Under the pieces are notes generated by a model that did no database searches, was not told the DNA's origin, and saw nothing but the letters and a program-made list of their open reading frames with translations. Shown one piece after another: positions 8,384-17,140 of a DNA stretch of 64,000 bases. The stretch spans positions 31,334 through 95,333 of the forward strand of contig JARLHJ010000047.1 of NCBI GenBank assembly GCA_031292305.1, written 5' to 3'. The DNA comes from Candidatus Babeliales bacterium. GTDB lineage: Bacteria > Babelota > Babeliae > Babelales > JABDEC01. Position 1 is the stretch's first letter; the number at the start of each line of letters is the position of its first letter. Both the position numbers and the translations under genes were made by a program.

Positions 8384-9718
8384 ATGTTTGATTTTTTGAC
8401 CAAAAAGTTCTCTTCCATATTTTCTAAATTCTCTGGGAATACCAGAATAACCCAAGACAATATCCAAGAAGCGTTGGATCAAGTGAAAGACTCGCTTTTA
8501 GAAGCTGATGTACCGCTTGAGGTTATTAATGATTTTATTGAAAAAGTTAAAGTCAAAGCTTTAGGTTTGAACGTTTCAAAGTCCTTAAATCCAGGTGAGC
8601 AATTTATAAAAATTGTTTATCAAGAAATTTGTGACTTTTTGGGTGGGGCAAATTTTGTAACTCCTAGTTTTCAGATTCCTTCAGTAATTATGGTTATGGG
8701 GCTTCAAGGTTCAGGTAAAACTACAACTGTGTCAAAAATAGCTCATTTTTTAAAAGATTTGGCAGCTAAAAAAGGCAAGCCTCGCAATATATTGTTGGCT
8801 TCAGTAGATTTTTATAGACCTGCTGCTATTGATCAATTAGAAATCCTTGCAAAGCAAGTTGGCGTAGATTTTTATAGGTCTAACTATGACAAACCTGTGC
8901 AAGCTGCTTCTGATATATTTAAAAAGTTTAAAAATGGTCAGTATGATTATCTATTATTAGATACAGCAGGGCGATTGCATGTTGATAGTAATATGCTGCA
9001 AGAACTTAAAGATATAGATACTAATCTAGAACCTAAATATAAAATTCTAGTTTTAGACTCAATGACAGGTCAGGAATCCCTACGTGTAGCAAAAGCATTT
9101 GACCAGGTAGTCGGCTTTAATAGTGCAATTTTAACAAAAATTGACAGTGATACTCGCGGTGGGTCTGCTTTTGCATTTAAATATATGTTAAAAAAACCTA
9201 TTATTTTCTTAGGTTCAGGTGAAAAAGTTGAAGACTTAGAATTATTTTACCCTGATAGAATGGCCAATAGAATTCTTGGCATGGGTGATATGTTAAGTCT
9301 TATTGAGCGCGCAGAAGCTCAAATAAAACAAGATGATAAAGAACGCGTTACCCAGAATTTTGCCTCAGGTAATTTTTCTTTAGAAGATTTTGCGGATCAA
9401 TTAAAAATGATGGGTAAAATTGGTTCTTTATCTAAAATAGTCCAATATCTTCCGGGCATGGGTAATTTAAATATGACCCCTGAAATGGTTGAAAAAAGCG
9501 AATTAGAGATTAAAAAGTTTAAGGCAATGATTAGCTCAATGACCTTAAAAGAGCGAGTTTACCCCAAGGTTTTGGATGCTTCTCGCAGAGAACGCATCGT
9601 TAAAGGTTCTGGCACTTCCTTAAAAGATTTGAACTTATTGTTAGAAAGGTTTGAACAAAGTAAGCAATTTGCTAAACTCTTTAATAAGAAGGGTGGATTT
9701 AAGGGTATGTTCAAGTAA
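8384..9718 (+). CDS. ffh: Signal recognition particle protein Ffh
   Basis: 444 aa. Motifs GLQGSGKTTT, DTAGR and TKIDSDTRGG. Met-rich M domain (MMGKIGSLSKIVQYLPGMG). Confidence 0.95.
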   Translation: MFDFLTKKFSSIFSKFSGNTRITQDNIQEALDQVKDSLLEADVPLEVINDFIEKVKVKALGLNVSKSLNPGEQFIKIVYQEICDFLGGANFVTPSFQIPSVIMVMGLQGSGKTTTVSKIAHFLKDLAAKKGKPRNILLASVDFYRPAAIDQLEILAKQVGVDFYRSNYDKPVQAASDIFKKFKNGQYDYLLLDTAGRLHVDSNMLQELKDIDTNLEPKYKILVLDSMTGQESLRVAKAFDQVVGFNSAILTKIDSDTRGGSAFAFKYMLKKPIIFLGSGEKVEDLELFYPDRMANRILGMGDMLSLIERAEAQIKQDDKERVTQNFASGNFSLEDFADQLKMMGKIGSLSKIVQYLPGMGNLNMTPEMVEKSELEIKKFKAMISSMTLKERVYPKVLDASRRERIVKGSGTSLKDLNLLLERFEQSKQFAKLFNKKGGFKGMFK

Positions 9719-9750
9719 GTTTAATTATTTCATAATAAAGGTACAAAATA

Positions 9751-10017
9751 ATGTCAGTAGCAGTTAGATTATCACGTTTAGGTAGAAAAAATTCTCCTAT
9801 TTACAGAGTTGTAGTAAAAGATTCTAGATCTAAAAGAGATGGTGCATTTATTGAAAATTTAGGAACTTACAATCCTATTACACATCAAATTTTTCAATTT
9901 AATGATGAGCGCGTTAATTATTGGCTTTCAAAAGGCGCAATAGTATCTGATGCAGTTATCAAAATTCAAAAAATGTATAAAAAACAAGGCCTTACTTTAA
10001 CACAAGTAGCTTCTTAA
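9751..10017 (+). CDS. rpsP: 30S ribosomal protein S16
   Basis: 88 aa, MSVAVRLSRLGRKNSPIYRVVV.., positioned between ffh and trmD as in the canonical cluster. Confidence 0.95.
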   Translation: MSVAVRLSRLGRKNSPIYRVVVKDSRSKRDGAFIENLGTYNPITHQIFQFNDERVNYWLSKGAIVSDAVIKIQKMYKKQGLTLTQVAS

Positions 10018-10046
10018 TTTAAGCTGGCACAACAGGTTAGAGCCTA

Positions 10047-11348
10047 ATGAATATTTCGATACTTACTCTTTTTCCTGAATTATATTCTGAATTTTTAAAG
10101 GCTAGCATAATAGGCAAAGCTCAAGATAAGAATAAAATAAATGCTGAATTAGTAAATTTTATAGATTTTTGCAACTCAAAAGAACGCGTAGATAGTCCTA
10201 CTTTTGGCCCAGGACCAGGAATGTTAATAAGGCCAGAAGTAGTAGAATCTGCAGTTACTCAGCAAGAACAAAAATTTGGTTCAGCATTTAAAATATTCTT
10301 TTCTCCTCATGGTAAAAAATTAGATCAGAATCTTTTAAAAGAACTTAGTGCAAAACTTGCTCAAGAAAAGCATATTATGCTTTTGGCTTCTAGATACGAA
10401 GGTATGGATGCCAGAGTAGAAGAATATTATGCAGATGAAATAATATCCTTGGGTGATTTTGTTTTAATGGGTGGTGATTTGCCAGCCATGTGTTTTTTGG
10501 AAGGTTTTTTAAGATTAATACCTGGGGTAGTTGGGAATTCAGATTCAATAGAAAATGATTCATTTTCAGGGCCATTAGTAGATCATCCTGAATATACTTC
10601 ACCTTTAGAATTTAAAGGTTTGCAAGTTCCCGAAGTTATAAGGTCAGGAAATCATGCTCTGATTCACGAATATAGGCAAAAAAAAGCGATTGAGCGTACG
10701 CTTAATGGTCATTTTAATTGGCTAAGATCGCAACCCTTAACAAAAGAATTAAAAGCTAAAGTTCACAAAGAAATGCCTACGCATTATGCAGTTTTAATGC
10801 ATGGTGATATTCTTTTAAAAGATAAAACTGTAGGGACTTCATCTGTAACTTCTTTAGATATCCATGATATTGCTAGATCTGCAATGACTTACGGTATTAA
10901 AAACTATTATATTGTGACTCCATTAAAAGATCAGCAAACAATTGTCCAAACTTTATTAGATTTTTGGAATATAGGCCATGGAATTGAATATAATATCCAT
11001 CGTCACAATGCAATAAAAATGGTTAGGCTTAATAATAATTTGGATGAAGTTTTAGCGCAGATAGAAAAGACTGAAGGGCAAAAGCCTTTGTTAATAGCTA
11101 CTTCTGCTAAATATCATAATAATACGGAAAGATATATTACGTATTTTGATCAAGCAAAAGTATGGAAGTCTAAACGTCCGGTATTGTTCATTTTTGGTAC
11201 AGGCCATGGTTTAGCAGATTATATACTAGATAGATGTGATTTTATCTTAGAGCCATTACATGGTTTTTCTGAATTCAATCATCTTTCAGTTAGATCTGCC
11301 GCTGCAGTTATATTTGATAAATGGTTTGGCGTTAATTTAAAAAAGTAA
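10047..11348 (+). CDS. trmD: tRNA (guanine37-N1)-methyltransferase TrmD fused to a second SPOUT-like RNA methyltransferase domain (TM1570/Methyltrn_RNA_4-like)
   Basis: Residues 1 to ~240 align by eye with TrmD (LFPE.., GPGPGML, RYEGMDARV, GDFVLMGGDLPAM, RSGNHA). Residues ~245-433 (from nt ~10779) carry SVTSLDIHDIARSA..YYIVTPL..LLIATSAK..LFIFGTGHGL..FNHLSVRSAAAVIFDKWFG, which I recognise as the TM1570-type SPOUT family. Confidence 0.8.
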   Translation: MNISILTLFPELYSEFLKASIIGKAQDKNKINAELVNFIDFCNSKERVDSPTFGPGPGMLIRPEVVESAVTQQEQKFGSAFKIFFSPHGKKLDQNLLKELSAKLAQEKHIMLLASRYEGMDARVEEYYADEIISLGDFVLMGGDLPAMCFLEGFLRLIPGVVGNSDSIENDSFSGPLVDHPEYTSPLEFKGLQVPEVIRSGNHALIHEYRQKKAIERTLNGHFNWLRSQPLTKELKAKVHKEMPTHYAVLMHGDILLKDKTVGTSSVTSLDIHDIARSAMTYGIKNYYIVTPLKDQQTIVQTLLDFWNIGHGIEYNIHRHNAIKMVRLNNNLDEVLAQIEKTEGQKPLLIATSAKYHNNTERYITYFDQAKVWKSKRPVLFIFGTGHGLADYILDRCDFILEPLHGFSEFNHLSVRSAAAVIFDKWFGVNLKK

Positions 11349-11415
11349 ATTTAGTAGAACAAATTAAAATTATTTGTTATTATAAAGCAATATAAAAAGT
11401 TTTTTAATCTATAGC

Positions 11416-11455
11416 CCTTATCTTTGGTCGCAGAGTGTTGACCTGCAAGATAAGG
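11416..11455 (+). promoter_or_regulatory. Stem-loop in the rplS 5' leader (candidate L19 autoregulatory or processing element)
   Basis: 9-bp arms CCTTATCTT (11416-11424) and AAGATAAGG (11447-11455) enclose an inner GGTC..GACC helix. No U-tract follows. The 3' arm overlaps an AAGGAG motif about 25 nt upstream of the rplS ATG. Confidence 0.3.
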
Positions 11456-11478
11456 AGAACAGCTTGCAAGGATGCTCA

Positions 11479-11886
11479 ATGAAATCAAGAAAAATAACTA
11501 AAGAAACAGTTTCGGAATTAGGGATATATAAAAGAGATTTCCCAAAGTTTTCAATTGGTGATACAATAGCCATTTCGCAAAGAATTAAAGAAGGCGATAA
11601 AGAAAGACTTCAAGTTTTTCAAGGCGATGTTATTGCTATGAATAACAATGGTGCTTCATCAACTTTTACTGTCCGTAAAATTGCTGCAAATACTATTGCT
11701 GTTGAAAGAATTTTTCCTTACTATTCTCCAATAATCGCTTCTATTGAAGCTGTTAAAAAGGGTAAAGTAAGACGTGCAAAACTTTACTACTTACGTAAAC
11801 GTGTTGGTAAATCTGCAAAAATTCAAGAACTTATTTTAACTAAAGAACAAAAAGAACATAAATTAGCTCAAAGTGCAGCTGAGTAA
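11479..11886 (+). CDS. rplS: 50S ribosomal protein L19
   Basis: [49 protein letters not shown] 11479 with AAGGA 6 nt upstream is preferred over the TTG at 11464. Confidence 0.95.
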   Translation: MKSRKITKETVSELGIYKRDFPKFSIGDTIAISQRIKEGDKERLQVFQGDVIAMNNNGASSTFTVRKIAANTIAVERIFPYYSPIIASIEAVKKGKVRRAKLYYLRKRVGKSAKIQELILTKEQKEHKLAQSAAE

Positions 11887-12274
11887 TTGTTTAATTTTTA
11901 AAGGATTATTATTTTTAGTATGCATTTCAGGATGTATAAAAAAAAATAATCTTAAATTAGATGATAAATATCAACAAAAAGAAGCTCGTTTGTTTGATGT
12001 TCCTCTGCCTCTGAATTATATAACTTTAGATAATCGATATGGGCAAGACTCATACGGTTTTAAAACTACAGTTAAAGATTCTGAACTTGTTGATTTTTAT
12101 AAAGAAGAAATGGTTAATGCGGGCTGGAAGATAATTAGTAGCTTTTCTGATATTGAAACTAATTTATTATTTGAAAAGCCTCATAAATTTATTTTGATTT
12201 CTATAAGACCCAATATTGTTAGAAACAATACTGAAGTACATATCTTTGTAGCTATAAAAAAAGAAGACTCATAA
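11873..12274 (+). CDS. Putative lipoprotein, function unknown
   Basis: The GTG-start ORF overlaps the rplS 3' end by 14 nt. It has a lipobox-like LVCISG|C after a hydrophobic segment and is followed by a strong terminator. Confidence 0.45.
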   Translation: MQLSNCLIFKGLLFLVCISGCIKKNNLKLDDKYQQKEARLFDVPLPLNYITLDNRYGQDSYGFKTTVKDSELVDFYKEEMVNAGWKIISSFSDIETNLLFEKPHKFILISIRPNIVRNNTEVHIFVAIKKEDS

Positions 12275-12295
12275 TTTTATGAGTCTTCTTTTTTG
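12256..12295. terminator. Bidirectional rho-independent terminator
   Basis: AAAAAAGAAGACTCAT-AATTTT-ATGAGTCTTCTTTTTT, with an A-run and a T-run on either side. It lies between convergent genes ending at 12274 (+) and 12307 (-). Confidence 0.75.
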
Positions 12296-12306
12296 TTTTA
12301 AGATAT

Positions 12307-12741
12307 TTACCCAGCGATTTCTTTAGTGGTAATAATAGTTGTTTTTGGAGATACAGTATTTTTAAAACTACGTTCTCTTTGATTTAGCGCACATTCTCTT
12401 CTTTCTAATTCTCTTTTTTGTGAAGCTAGCTTTTGTTCTTTGTTATTAAGGTCTTGTTCCCAATCAATAAGCTCGCGTTCTTGTTGCCTTAAATCCTGTT
12501 CCCATTGTCTTAATTCTCGATCTTTTCTTGATAATCTATTAGGTCTTACTTCATTTTCTACATAGACGACTTCACGTGTGCTTGGTCTACTCATAGCTGC
12601 TCCAAGCATTGCACCGCCGGCTAGACCGCCTAATACTCCTGCTGCTACATTTCCGCCATTACCAGCATATATTAGATTGCTTGTAACCAGATTGCATAAT
12701 ATTAGTAAAGTTAAACTTAGCTTTATTTGATTTTTGTTCAT
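12307..12741 (-). CDS. Exported glycine-zipper / coiled-coil protein, function unknown
   Basis: Signal-like N-terminus, then Gly-rich segment GNGGNVAAGVLGGLAGGAMLGAAM, then a charged helical region with a repeated RELRQWEQDL / RELIDWEQDL motif. Confidence 0.5.
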   Translation of the reverse strand: MNKNQIKLSLTLLILCNLVTSNLIYAGNGGNVAAGVLGGLAGGAMLGAAMSRPSTREVVYVENEVRPNRLSRKDRELRQWEQDLRQQERELIDWEQDLNNKEQKLASQKRELERRECALNQRERSFKNTVSPKTTIITTKEIAG

Positions 12742-12876
12742 AGATCCTCCTTATTTAATTTAATTTTAGCAAAGCGTAAGCAGAAAAATCAATAGATTAA
12801 AATAAGCTTTTACTTTTGCAATATGGTTTTGTTAAGATCACCTGCAAATATGGTGTGTTAAAAAATAGGAGCTGTT

Positions 12877-13200
12877 GTGAAAATAAAAAGGTTATTTTTG
12901 GGAATTTGCTTAATTGTAATGCCTATTAAATCATCTGATCATTTACATTTTCTTAGAAAAGTGAGTGCGTTAGCAGCAGGAGTATGGGTAGCATATAAAG
13001 CAATTGATAAAAGCAGAGCTGAAGATATAGTTAAACGTTTACATAAAGAATTTAATACTAAAATAGATTTAGCATTTCATACTAAACTTAGTAATAAAAA
13101 TAAATATGATAAAGGTGTTAGTTTTCCCGCTTATGCATTACGTGGTGTGGCAGGGTTAATAACATTCAAACTTATAGATTTTCTATTAAATCATGAATAA
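12877..13200 (+). CDS. Small exported hypothetical protein (paralog pair, copy 1)
   Basis: GTG start with GGAG upstream. 107 aa with a signal-like N-terminus. Central FLRKVSALAAGVWVAYKAIDK matches FARKSVALSIGYVAFIKFDQ in the next gene. Hydrophobic C-terminus. Confidence 0.4.
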   Translation: MKIKRLFLGICLIVMPIKSSDHLHFLRKVSALAAGVWVAYKAIDKSRAEDIVKRLHKEFNTKIDLAFHTKLSNKNKYDKGVSFPAYALRGVAGLITFKLIDFLLNHE

Positions 13201-13229
13201 GAATAATAATTTTAATATTTAGGTGTTTT

Positions 13230-13544
13230 ATGAATAATCTAGTTGTAAGTATAATTTTTATGATATCAACTTTGCCTCTTTATTCTTTAGAGCATGAAAT
13301 AAGTAATTTTGCTAGAAAGTCAGTCGCATTAAGTATAGGATATGTTGCTTTTATAAAGTTTGATCAAAAAGAATCGCAAAAAATAGTTACTGCTTTTGTT
13401 AATGATACTGAAAACTTGGGAAATATACGAAGAGTTTTAGGCAATATAAATATAAATAGCAGTAAGATAAAAGCAACAGCTTTATTATTAAGGCTAGCGG
13501 TTGCTTCTTGTATATTTTGGGGCGTGAATAAAGTTCTAGAATGA
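13230..13544 (+). CDS. Small exported hypothetical protein (paralog pair, copy 2)
   Basis: 104 aa with the same architecture and length as 12877..13200. Its stop codon abuts the murC stop on the opposite strand (13544/13545). Confidence 0.4.
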   Translation: MNNLVVSIIFMISTLPLYSLEHEISNFARKSVALSIGYVAFIKFDQKESQKIVTAFVNDTENLGNIRRVLGNININSSKIKATALLLRLAVASCIFWGVNKVLE

Positions 13545-14939
13545 TTACTGAATCAATTTAGCTGCTATTGCATTAACTCTACCTGCGCCTAAGAGCAATA
13601 GTAAATCATCTTGCATTAGCGAAGTATCTAATTGAAAAATAATATCTTTAAATTCCTGGTCAATTGGAACATAACTAATTTTAAAATTAGGATTCTTTAA
13701 TTTAAGTTCTTCTACTAATCTTTGGCTAGTAATACCTTCAATAGGCATTTCGCCTGCAGGGTAAATATCAGTAATAATTAAGTGTTCTATTTGATCATTA
13801 AATTGTGTAAATACATCAATAAAATTGTCCCAAAGTTTTTCTGTACGTATAAATCGGTGTGGTTGGAAAACAACATGAAATTTTTGTTTTGTTCTATGCT
13901 TTGCTACGCGTAAAATATTTAAAATTTCATTTGGGTGATGTCCATAATCATCAAAAATTTCAGCGCCTTTAAAGGTGCCATGGTAAGAAAAACGTCTTTC
14001 AACACCGTTAAAACTTTTTAGAGCTTCTGCGATGGTTTCAAAAGTCACAACGTCTAAATCTAGGCATAGAGCAATTGCTGCAAGTGAGTTATATATATTA
14101 TGCTTGCCCGGCATATTCACTTGAATTTTGCCTATAAATTTTTCGTTTTTAAATACATCGTAATTAGAATGAGATGGGTGTAGTTCTATATTCTTTGCTT
14201 GTATATCTGCATCACAATCAATTCCAAATTTAACAATTTTTATATGCGGTATTGGTAAAATTGATTGAATTTCTAAATCGTCTATACAAACAAATGCTTT
14301 TCCATAAAAAGGAATATTATTTAAAAACTGTTTAAATGTATTTTTAATATCATCTATATCTTTATAAGTTTCTAGATGTTCTAAATCAATATTAGTTAAT
14401 ATTGCTAAAGTAGGATATAAGTGCAATAAGGACCTATCGCTTTCATCAGTTTCTGCAACCAAGAAATCTCCTTTACCTAGTTTTGCATTTTCAGAAATAT
14501 TTTTTAAATGCCCACCGATAATTATTGTAGGGTCTAGTTTTGCTTCAATTAAAATATGAGAAATCATTGAAGTTGTAGTTGTTTTACCATGCGCCCCTGT
14601 TATAGCTATGCTATATTTTGTACGCATTAATTCTGCAAGCATCATTGCTCTTGGTATTGTTGGGATTCCACGCTGTTGTGCCGCCGTAATCTCAGGGCTT
14701 GAAGATTTTATTGCTGAAGAATATACAAGAACATCTATTGATTTGTCATGGCATAATTCTGATCCGTGACCTAATGTTACTTGACAGCCAATGCTTAATA
14801 ATTCACGAACATTTTTTTGTTCTATATCAACATCACATCCTGAAATTATGTATCCTTGGTGCTTTAAAATTTTTGCGATACCGCTCATTCCAATTCCACC
14901 AATGCCAACAAAATGAATATGTGATTTTTTATGATACAT
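13545..14939 (-). CDS. murC: UDP-N-acetylmuramate--L-alanine ligase
   Basis: 464 aa. HFVGIGGIGMSGIAKIL N-terminus, GAHGKTTTTSM P-loop, Mur ligase central and C-terminal domain pattern. Confidence 0.95.
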   Translation of the reverse strand: MYHKKSHIHFVGIGGIGMSGIAKILKHQGYIISGCDVDIEQKNVRELLSIGCQVTLGHGSELCHDKSIDVLVYSSAIKSSSPEITAAQQRGIPTIPRAMMLAELMRTKYSIAITGAHGKTTTTSMISHILIEAKLDPTIIIGGHLKNISENAKLGKGDFLVAETDESDRSLLHLYPTLAILTNIDLEHLETYKDIDDIKNTFKQFLNNIPFYGKAFVCIDDLEIQSILPIPHIKIVKFGIDCDADIQAKNIELHPSHSNYDVFKNEKFIGKIQVNMPGKHNIYNSLAAIALCLDLDVVTFETIAEALKSFNGVERRFSYHGTFKGAEIFDDYGHHPNEILNILRVAKHRTKQKFHVVFQPHRFIRTEKLWDNFIDVFTQFNDQIEHLIITDIYPAGEMPIEGITSQRLVEELKLKNPNFKISYVPIDQEFKDIIFQLDTSLMQDDLLLLLGAGRVNAIAAKLIQ

Positions 14940-14958
14940 TTATGTCCTAGAGTTTAGT

Positions 14959-15075
14959 GCTCGCACCATTTGAAAGGCTTAGGGCGAGCGGGTAAAAAAT
15001 AATAAACTGGCTCGGTGGTACTTGGTCCGCCGTAGCCAAAGGCGAGGGAGGAAGCTCGTCGAACCATACGAGCAA
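14959..15075 (-). ncRNA. G+C-rich multi-hairpin element (candidate small RNA or murC leader/attenuator)
   Basis: This is an island visibly richer in G+C than its flanks. Read on the minus strand it shows: hairpin GCTCGT-ATGGTTCG-ACGAGC (15073-15054); single-stranded UUCCUCCCUCGCCUUU; imperfect hairpin UGGCUACGGCGG-ACCAAGUA-CCACCGAGCCA (15038-15008) followed by UUUAUUAUUUUUU (15007-14994); then hairpin GCTCGC..GCGAGC (14989-14959). No match to any RNA family that I can recognise. Confidence 0.3.
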
Positions 15076-15123
15076 AAATTATTCTTAAAAGAATAACTTA
15101 AATTCTCATTTTTTAAAATAAAT

Positions 15124-15468
15124 TTAAAGTAATTCTTTAAGTTTTACCAATTGTGCATATAGCTCTTTTATTTTTTCTTGTATGTCAGTAGATGCAGATA
15201 AATCTAAAGTAGAAGGTATAATTTTATTTTTATTGTGCCCAGTTTTCAATTCACTTTTAGCACCTTGAATAGTAAATTTTTTTTCGTAAAGTAAATTTTT
15301 AATTAATTTGAATTTTTCAAAGTCTTGTTCTGAATAGAATCTTTGTCCGCCTTGGGATCTTTGAGATTTTATTTTAAATTCTTTTTCCCAAAACCTAATT
15401 ACAAAGTCTTCTACTTCAAGATTTTTTGCTAACTCACCAATTCTATATTTTTTTTGATTCATGTTCAT
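15124..15468 (-). CDS. MerR family transcriptional regulator
   Basis: MNMNQKKYRIGELAKNLEVEDFVIRFWEKEF..GGQRFYSEQDFEKFKLIKNLL..TIQGAK is a typical MerR winged-HTH N-terminus. GGGGAG SD lies upstream of the ATG at 15468. An AT-rich hairpin TTATTCTT-AA-AAGAATAA (15079-15096) follows the stop. Confidence 0.75.
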   Translation of the reverse strand: MNMNQKKYRIGELAKNLEVEDFVIRFWEKEFKIKSQRSQGGQRFYSEQDFEKFKLIKNLLYEKKFTIQGAKSELKTGHNKNKIIPSTLDLSASTDIQEKIKELYAQLVKLKELL

Positions 15469-15605
15469 ATTAACTCCCCTTTTTTTATTTTTTAACAAAT
15501 AACTTTGTTTAATTTCAATAATTTTTTTTCTTGCTAGCCGTAAAGGCTTTTATTTGTTATTATTTACTATATTTGTGCATAAAAAATAAATTTCAAAAGG
15601 TTAAA

Positions 15606-17135
15606 ATGAACTTGAATAAAATCAGACAATTACTTTTATCGATTAGTATAGTTTTTGGTATCACCTTTATGTTTCAGTATTTTTTTAATATTGGAAATAA
15701 TGTACCACCTGTAGCACTGGAATCAGGAAGAAGTAGATTAGCGCCTAAAAAAGAGGAAGATCAAAGACCTTTAAATTTAGAAGTTAATTTTTGCACTGAT
15801 AAATCAATCGAAGAAAATATTACTACTATCCAAACCGATAATGCAAAATTTGAATTTACTAATTATGGTGCTGCAATTAAAAGTTCTGAATTTAAGCATT
15901 TAACTAGTAAAAAACATATTTTTAAGAAATTTGAAGCACAACGTAAAGAAGATTTAGGATTTTTAGTAGCGTTTGAAGAGAATACTCCTTTTTATTATAA
16001 TTTAGTTGATCAGTCTGAAAATTCTGAGCTAATTACTTTGTCTTATAGCGTAGAATTCGATAACGGCGTTATCAATAAAAAATATTCTGTATATAAACAT
16101 GAATATAAGGTTGATTTAAATATTGATGTTAAATTTAATAAAGTTGCAAAAAATCCAATTAGATTAAGGATTCTATATCCTTCGCCTAGTTTGCCAGAAG
16201 TAAAAGAGGATACTATTCAAGGAGTTTGTAATGAAAAGAATGCTGTAGTTAAAAAAACTATGAATTTGTTGTTGCAAAGATACTGGGAAATTCCTTTAAT
16301 ATTTGGTATTGAAGATAAATATTTTGTCCATTCTATGGTAAATGATTTAAATAAATTCACTCAACGTGGTTATTATAAATCTGTAGGAATTGGTAAATAT
16401 TCTTCAATTTTAGAAAGTGGGCCAATCTCTTCATCATCATCTTTTAATTTATCATTTTACTTAGGTCCAAAACAATCTGCAGCAATGGATATAGTGGAAC
16501 CAAAGCTAGAAAGCATTCTTGACTATGGTTATCTTGCTCCGTTTTCAAAGTTAATGTTAGCTGTATTGGTATTCTTTTATACCTTTTTCCACAATTATGG
16601 AATTGCGATAATTCTATTAACTCTTTTAATAAAATTAGTTTTATTACCTTTTACTCTAAAAGGTGAGCAAAGCATGAAAAAGAGAACTGAATTTCAAAAA
16701 AAACTACAATATGTTCAACAAAAATATAAACATGATAAAGAAGCTTTAGCTAATGCTAGAAATGAATTAATGCGAGAAAATGGCTTCTCTGATATGATCG
16801 GTTGTCTGCCATTGTTATTGCAATTACCGATTGGTATAGCATTAAATAGAGTTTTATTTAACGCTATAGAATTATACAAAGCTCCATTTCTATGGATGTC
16901 AGATTTGTCTGCAAAAGATCCGTATTATATTTTACCTATATTAATAGGTGCTGGTATGATTATGCATTCATCTGCTGGTAATGATCCTAAGCAAAAATTC
17001 TCTGCTTATGCAGTAGCTTTAGTTGTAACTGCTTTCACTGCTGGATTACCTGCTGGGTTGATGTTATTTATTTTCATGAGTATATTCTCATCTGTAGTTC
17101 AAACTAAAGTTTATGGGATGTTTAAAAGGTCATAA
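15606..17135 (+). CDS. yidC: Membrane protein insertase YidC
   Basis: Large periplasmic N-domain followed by the conserved core YGIAIILLTLLIKLVLLPFTLKGEQSMKK..LPLLLQLPI. The ATG at 15606 (MNLNKIRQ) is preferred over the TTG at 15531. Confidence 0.9.
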   Translation: MNLNKIRQLLLSISIVFGITFMFQYFFNIGNNVPPVALESGRSRLAPKKEEDQRPLNLEVNFCTDKSIEENITTIQTDNAKFEFTNYGAAIKSSEFKHLTSKKHIFKKFEAQRKEDLGFLVAFEENTPFYYNLVDQSENSELITLSYSVEFDNGVINKKYSVYKHEYKVDLNIDVKFNKVAKNPIRLRILYPSPSLPEVKEDTIQGVCNEKNAVVKKTMNLLLQRYWEIPLIFGIEDKYFVHSMVNDLNKFTQRGYYKSVGIGKYSSILESGPISSSSSFNLSFYLGPKQSAAMDIVEPKLESILDYGYLAPFSKLMLAVLVFFYTFFHNYGIAIILLTLLIKLVLLPFTLKGEQSMKKRTEFQKKLQYVQQKYKHDKEALANARNELMRENGFSDMIGCLPLLLQLPIGIALNRVLFNAIELYKAPFLWMSDLSAKDPYYILPILIGAGMIMHSSAGNDPKQKFSAYAVALVVTAFTAGLPAGLMLFIFMSIFSSVVQTKVYGMFKRS

Positions 17136-17140
17136 ATATT

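Noticed and set aside
14959-15075. Considered whether the G+C-rich island is the SRP (4.5S) RNA, given ffh in the window, or RNase P, 6S or tmRNA.
   Set aside because: It lacks the conserved helix-8 motif (GGUCC-GGAA-GGAAGCAGCC-like, with a GNRA tetraloop and AGCAGC). It is far too short for RNase P or tmRNA. It has no 6S-like long rod with a central bubble. It is therefore kept only as an unclassified structured element.
15531-15605. Longer N-terminal extensions suggested by the ORF track for several genes: yidC (15531), the Sel1/coiled-coil gene (47679), the LRR gene (53097), 57896, 2189, nhaC-like (22849), gap (59710), MerR (15498) and rplS (11464).
   Set aside because: Internal ATGs are preceded by better SD sequences and give canonical N-termini or clean signal peptides. 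The upstream extensions use rare starts or lack an RBS.
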